Below, one piece after another: positions 59,559 through 64,000 of a stretch of 64,000 nucleotides of DNA (position 1 is its first letter; every line of letters begins with the position of its first letter). The notes under the pieces were generated by a model, which saw nothing but the letters and a program-made list of their open reading frames with translations, made no database searches and was not told where the DNA came from. The DNA lies in NCBI GenBank assembly GCA_026936335.1, contig JAPMXV010000039.1, positions 62,001 through 126,000 of the forward strand, given 5' to 3'. The position numbers and the translations under genes are program-made. Origin of the DNA: Mantamonas sphyraenae STR306 (Eukaryota; Protista; CRuMs).

Positions 59559-61137
59559 ATGAAGTTGCACACCCTTGCTCTTGTGTCTGCGCTGACTGTG
59601 GCGTTGGTGTGCATTCATGCTACCCAGGCTGCGTACTGCCATGGCAAGCCTGACCCCAACGCACCGGCAAACAACCTGCCTTTTTGGACTCAGCCCCCAA
59701 CCCTCGTCCGCACGGTTCCCAACGGAAAGCTCTTCACCGTCGGCGGCCCGGATGACCGTGTCTATGTCATCCACGTGTATGGCACTGCCAAGGAGATGGT
59801 ACGTCCGTACGCGCTGGCAGAAGACACCGACGTCGCCTCGCTTTGCCATCCACGCTGACACCCCCTTTCCCTCCACTTCCACCTGCAGGGACAAGCACAC
59901 GGTGCCCTTATGAAGGAGGAGATCAGCACCATGCTGCAAAAGGTGTACAACGTACGTTTAGCCTGCCCTGGACCTCGCTTCGGCCCGAGGTTATTCAGCG
60001 AGCTGTGGCGCCCGGATATATTTGTGCGCCCCGTTTTGCCAAACGGCGGTTCCTTTCGGCTCACACATGCTTGTCACGAACCATCACCATCACCACAACG
60101 ACCGCACACAGTACATCTACGAGCAGATCGACCAGGACATCTCGTTCCTGCCCAAGAGCCTGCGTCATTTGGTGGAAGAGTATGGGTTGGACGCGGCGCT
60201 GGACCTGCAGGTGGACGCCACAAAGCCCTGGACGCCGCAGTACTGGTTCGATGAGATCGAGGGCCTGGCGGAAGGTGCTGGCGTGCCATACAATGCCATC
60301 CGCAACTTGCAGTACCTGGGTGAGATCACCCGCGGGGCGTGCAGCATGATGGGTGCCTGGGAGGAGGCCGTCAACGGCACCACGCTCATCAGCACACGTC
60401 AGCTGGATTGGGACATTGACAACCCCATCCGTGACTTCCCCGCCGTGGTGATTTACCACCCGAAGGATGCAAAGTACCCTGAACTGCACACGGCCATCAA
60501 CGTGGGCTGGGTGGGCTGGGTGGGTGCCCTCACAGGCATGAGCGAGGATCAGCTGAGCATCAGTGAGATTGGCGTCACGTATCCGGATGACACGTTTGGC
60601 AAGGAGACACGCTTTGGTGTGCCCTTTGTCGTGCTGCTCAAGGACATCCTCCTTGTGGACAAGACCCTGGAGGACTCCATCACACGCATCCAGAACGCAA
60701 AGCGCACCTGCAAGCTCATCCTGGGTGTGGGCGACGCCAAGAACAACGGATCCTTCCGTGGGTTTGAGTACAGCGCTACGGTGGCCAACGTCATTTCCGA
60801 CCAAAATCTGATGCCCGTCAACGACACCTGGCACCCCAAGATCCCCAAGGTGGTGTACTTTGGCATGGATTGGCTGTGTCCGCCCTACAGCGAGACGCTG
60901 GCCAGCCACATCAAGGCAAACTACGGCCGCATCAACGCCAACATCGCCGCTCGCGAGATCATCGCGCGCACAGAGACCGGAAACATGCACAGTGCCATCT
61001 ACGACATGCACAACGGATACATGTACGTGGCCAACACGCGTCGTTCAGACGTCTCCACAGGCGCCATCAAGGCCTTTGCACGCACCTACATCCGATACAA
61101 CGTCAAGGCGCTCTTTGCCGAGACCATGGAGCAATGA
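59559..61137 (+). CDS. Secreted Cys-nucleophile Ntn hydrolase (dcd1-like), tandem copy 2
   Basis: Exons 59559-59798, 59889-59951 and 60112-61137. Colinear paralogue of copy 1 (PWTPQYWFDEIEGLAEGA identical; EITRGA|CSMMGAW). Confidence 0.85.
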
Positions 61138-61223
61138 GTGTGTGACAAGAGTTCCCATGGATGGAATTGAACAAACCTGCTTCCCTTCACACCTTTCTCC
61201 CGTTCGTTTCACTGAGTGCAAAC

Positions 61224-64000
61224 ATGCCTGTGCGAAGGGCGGCGCAAAACAAAAACCAAACGCCGCGAAGCATGGACGTGTTGGAGGCTGCCAGAGACAC
61301 AAAGCTCCTCTTTTCGTCCTATCTGGGCACGGGCAGCATTGCAGGGCGTCAAAAGGCTCTGCATGCGTTCTTGGACATGTTCATTGACAGCTACAAGGAC
61401 ACGCCAGCAAGTGACCTGCCGTACCAGCTGGGCTCCACGCACAGCATGACCGAGGTTCTGAGCGCCGCGCTTATCCACAATATGGACATGGACGACGCCA
61501 TGGGACAGCTGGACAGCCAATTGCCCCTTCTCCAGGCTCTGGTCATCCTCACGCGTCAGAAAGACAATGTGCACAGCGTGCAGGGGCTGCCGACGCTGCT
61601 CCTCGCGCTCGTGCGTGCTTTGGTCGACACAGACGCAGCCGAGGTGAATGCGGCATGGACACAACTCGACGTGAACGCCGTCTTTGGTCTCCACCACAAG
61701 CTCATTCTTGCCAACAGTGGCACACAGGTGGCAGGCGTGCCCTGGGGCGACAGCGTGTGTGACGCCGTTCTTGCCCTCCTGCTAAACCTAGCCCTGCTGC
61801 GGCATCCGGAATTGCTCAAGTCGTCCAACCTGACCACACTGGTGCAAACGTTTGTGGAGACATCGCAGACACGCGCTTCGTTTTCCCGTGTGCTTCTGCT
61901 GGTCCTTGCGGCGGTGATTCTCGTGTGTTGCCAAGACGTGCGGCACACGCCCTCTTCTTCGCGCCGTCGCCCTGGTGCCAATGCTCCTGTGTTGCCTGCG
62001 TGACATAGGTTCACGCACACCACAGCTGTGCTTGGACGTCGTTCAGGTGCTTTTTCACACCCTGGACCACTCGCTGGGCTTGTCTCAGGCTCTGTTTGAG
62101 GATTTCGCTCAGGCAGACGGCCACATCGTCCTCGCAGACACCATGTCCTGGCTGTGCACAGAAGCAGACTCAGGTCACACCCAATCCACATCCATCGCTG
62201 GTTCTCAGGACGGTGAGGACGACGCGGAGGCGGACACGTCGCGCCGGCAGTTGGCACTGGAGTTTATCGACTGCTGTGTGGCCCTGGTGCATGTGAACCA
62301 TATGCAAACGGACGCCAACGCGTTTGGCATCGTGGTCAAGACGTTCACACGTGCACCGTGGATGCGAGATCACATCGTGGGACACCTGAAGCAGTTGTAT
62401 TTTGCACACCCGCAGGCTTACCCGCAGTTGCAGGCTCACATGGCGCCGTTCCAATTTCTCTTTGATGCGTTTGACCACTTGTCCATGGATACGCAGCACC
62501 GTGTCATGTCCCTGTTTAAGCGCCTGTTGTCGCGCACAGGTGTTGACTGCGCACGCGAAATCGACGGCTTTGTCGCCCTGCTACACAGCGTCAATGCGTC
62601 CACACGGCTGCTGGTGGCCCAGTACATGATCGAATTTGTGCTCAGCGACAGACTCCTGGAAAGTAGCCAGCTCGCAAATGCCCGCTTGTTGCCGCTGCTC
62701 ATCGGACCCCTTTCTGCACCGTTTGATCTTTCCTACTTGCGCTCACTGTTTGGCGACGAGAAAGAAGCACAGAATCGCATTGTAGAGCACTCGCTGAGCC
62801 AGCTACGGGCCAATGCAATCAATGTGGCCATGGAGGGCGGCATGGAGTTTCGTGACTGTGACGCAGCGGGTCTCTTCAACGGCAAGTTGCCAGCGTTTGA
62901 CGATGAACTGTTCACTCGGCTGGCACAATCCAAACTGGATCAAATCCAGGAGGAGAATGTTGTGCTGAGTCTGGATTGCATCAAGGTGGCGTACTACGTA
63001 GCGGCCAAAATGCTCTTCCTTGCGTATGTGTTTGTGCGCAACAACACAGAGAACCAGACACAGCTCATCAAACGCAGTGGCTTGTGCATTCTGTACAGCA
63101 GCACCGACGACCTGGTGCTTCGCAAGCCTGCCTTCAAGGTGTTGGCCCTCCTGGCTGCAGTTGCAACAACAGTACCGTCGAGTGGCCCTTCTGCAGCCTC
63201 CTCGTCGTCCTCATCGTCATCGTCCTCGTCGTCTTCCTCGAGTGACAAAGAAGAAACTGTGGGAAACAACGCCGAAGCGCCAATTGCCAAATCTGTGGTG
63301 CGTGATCTCGTTGGGATGCTGCAGGACAGCGGGCCCACCTCGACGCTGGACATGCAAGTGGTGGTGCTGCGGAGAGACATTCTCAGCAGTCTGGCAGACA
63401 TTATGCTGCGCCATTCAAGCGCACGCGACGAGTTTCGCACGTTTGGCGGCTACATCTGGTGTTTGTCTACCCTGGACGGAATGGCACACAGCGTGCCGGA
63501 GCACAAGCAGTACCACATTCGGGGCAGCGTCTTGCGTGTGGCTGTGCTGCGATTGCTGCAGGCCATCATGCAAGCACTTTCCCGATCCATGCTGGATCAC
63601 AAGGTGAACACGACGTACATGCGTGAGGAAATCGGCTTTGACACACTGCTGGCACCTTTGCAACGCTACGAGATGCTTTCCAGCGAACAGGGCGCCGGAA
63701 TGGCGGATGCACTCATCAACTTGGGGTTGCGTGGTTCCTGGCCGTTGCATTGCCGAAGCAAGCCGCGCTGCAGCGATGCAAGTTGCGCACGCTGCCACGC
63801 CTCCTTGCAATTGGTGCATCCCGAGCCAGTGGCGCTGTTGATGAAAATGTTGCAGGCTCAGTTGATGCAGGTCGACGTGGGCCTTGTGCGCACGTGTCTG
63901 CGCAACTTGGCACTTATCGCTGGCCGGTTTGCGTCCAACGCCCTCATTCTGTGCAGCCACGGCCTGTTGCGCACCGTGATGGACACATTTGCCGACCAGA
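61224..64000 (+). CDS. N-terminal part of a large BEACH-family (WDFY3/LvsA-like) alpha-solenoid protein; runs off the window end
   Basis: Exon 1 from 61224 (or 61272) to about 61913-61922, intron, then an open frame from about 62026 to the end. LSQALFEDFAQADGH, RDEFRTFGGYIWCLSTL and LVHPEPVALLMKML recall WDFY3/Lvs N-terminal motifs. The BEACH domain itself is not in the window. Confidence 0.6.

Noticed and set aside
612-61137. TAA/TAG reassignment (ciliate-type genetic code) suggested by TGA-only stops
   Set aside because: Long Gln/Glu-rich ORFs (CCDC57, the PDZ protein) contain no in-frame TAA or TAG, and the giant gene probably ends at TAA. Only a usage bias is supported.
718-63245. (TCG)n/(AGC)n poly-Ser tracts in several CDSs and (GT/CA)n tracts in introns
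   Set aside because: Ordinary microsatellite slippage; no shared structure or flanking motif suggesting function.

Overview
This is eukaryotic nuclear DNA (GT-AG introns of about 90-250 nt), GC-rich and extremely gene-dense. It probably comes from a flagellated heterotrophic protist, since it carries a CCDC57 homologue and a TOG/HEAT-like gene. About 20 protein-coding genes can be modelled by hand, mostly 1-190 bp apart. The dominant feature is a ~27 kb gene (20477-47812) for a ~8,900-aa membrane-anchored surface protein. It is built from bacterial-type DUF11/fimbrial-like beta-sandwich domains and contains two near-perfect tandem arrays (903 bp x ~9.5 and 939 bp x ~10.3). Other notable items: a U13/SNORD13-like snoRNA in the only large gene-free gap; near-exclusive TGA stop usage with an AATGA motif at gene 3' ends; two genes separated by 1 bp; a 3xFERM_N-filamin-SAM protein; a bacterial-type penicillin/AHL acylase; a START+SnoaL fusion; and a stand-alone NAC-alpha UBA domain. 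Scattered single-base indels are most likely long-read consensus errors. All homology calls are from motif recognition by eye; no database search was run.
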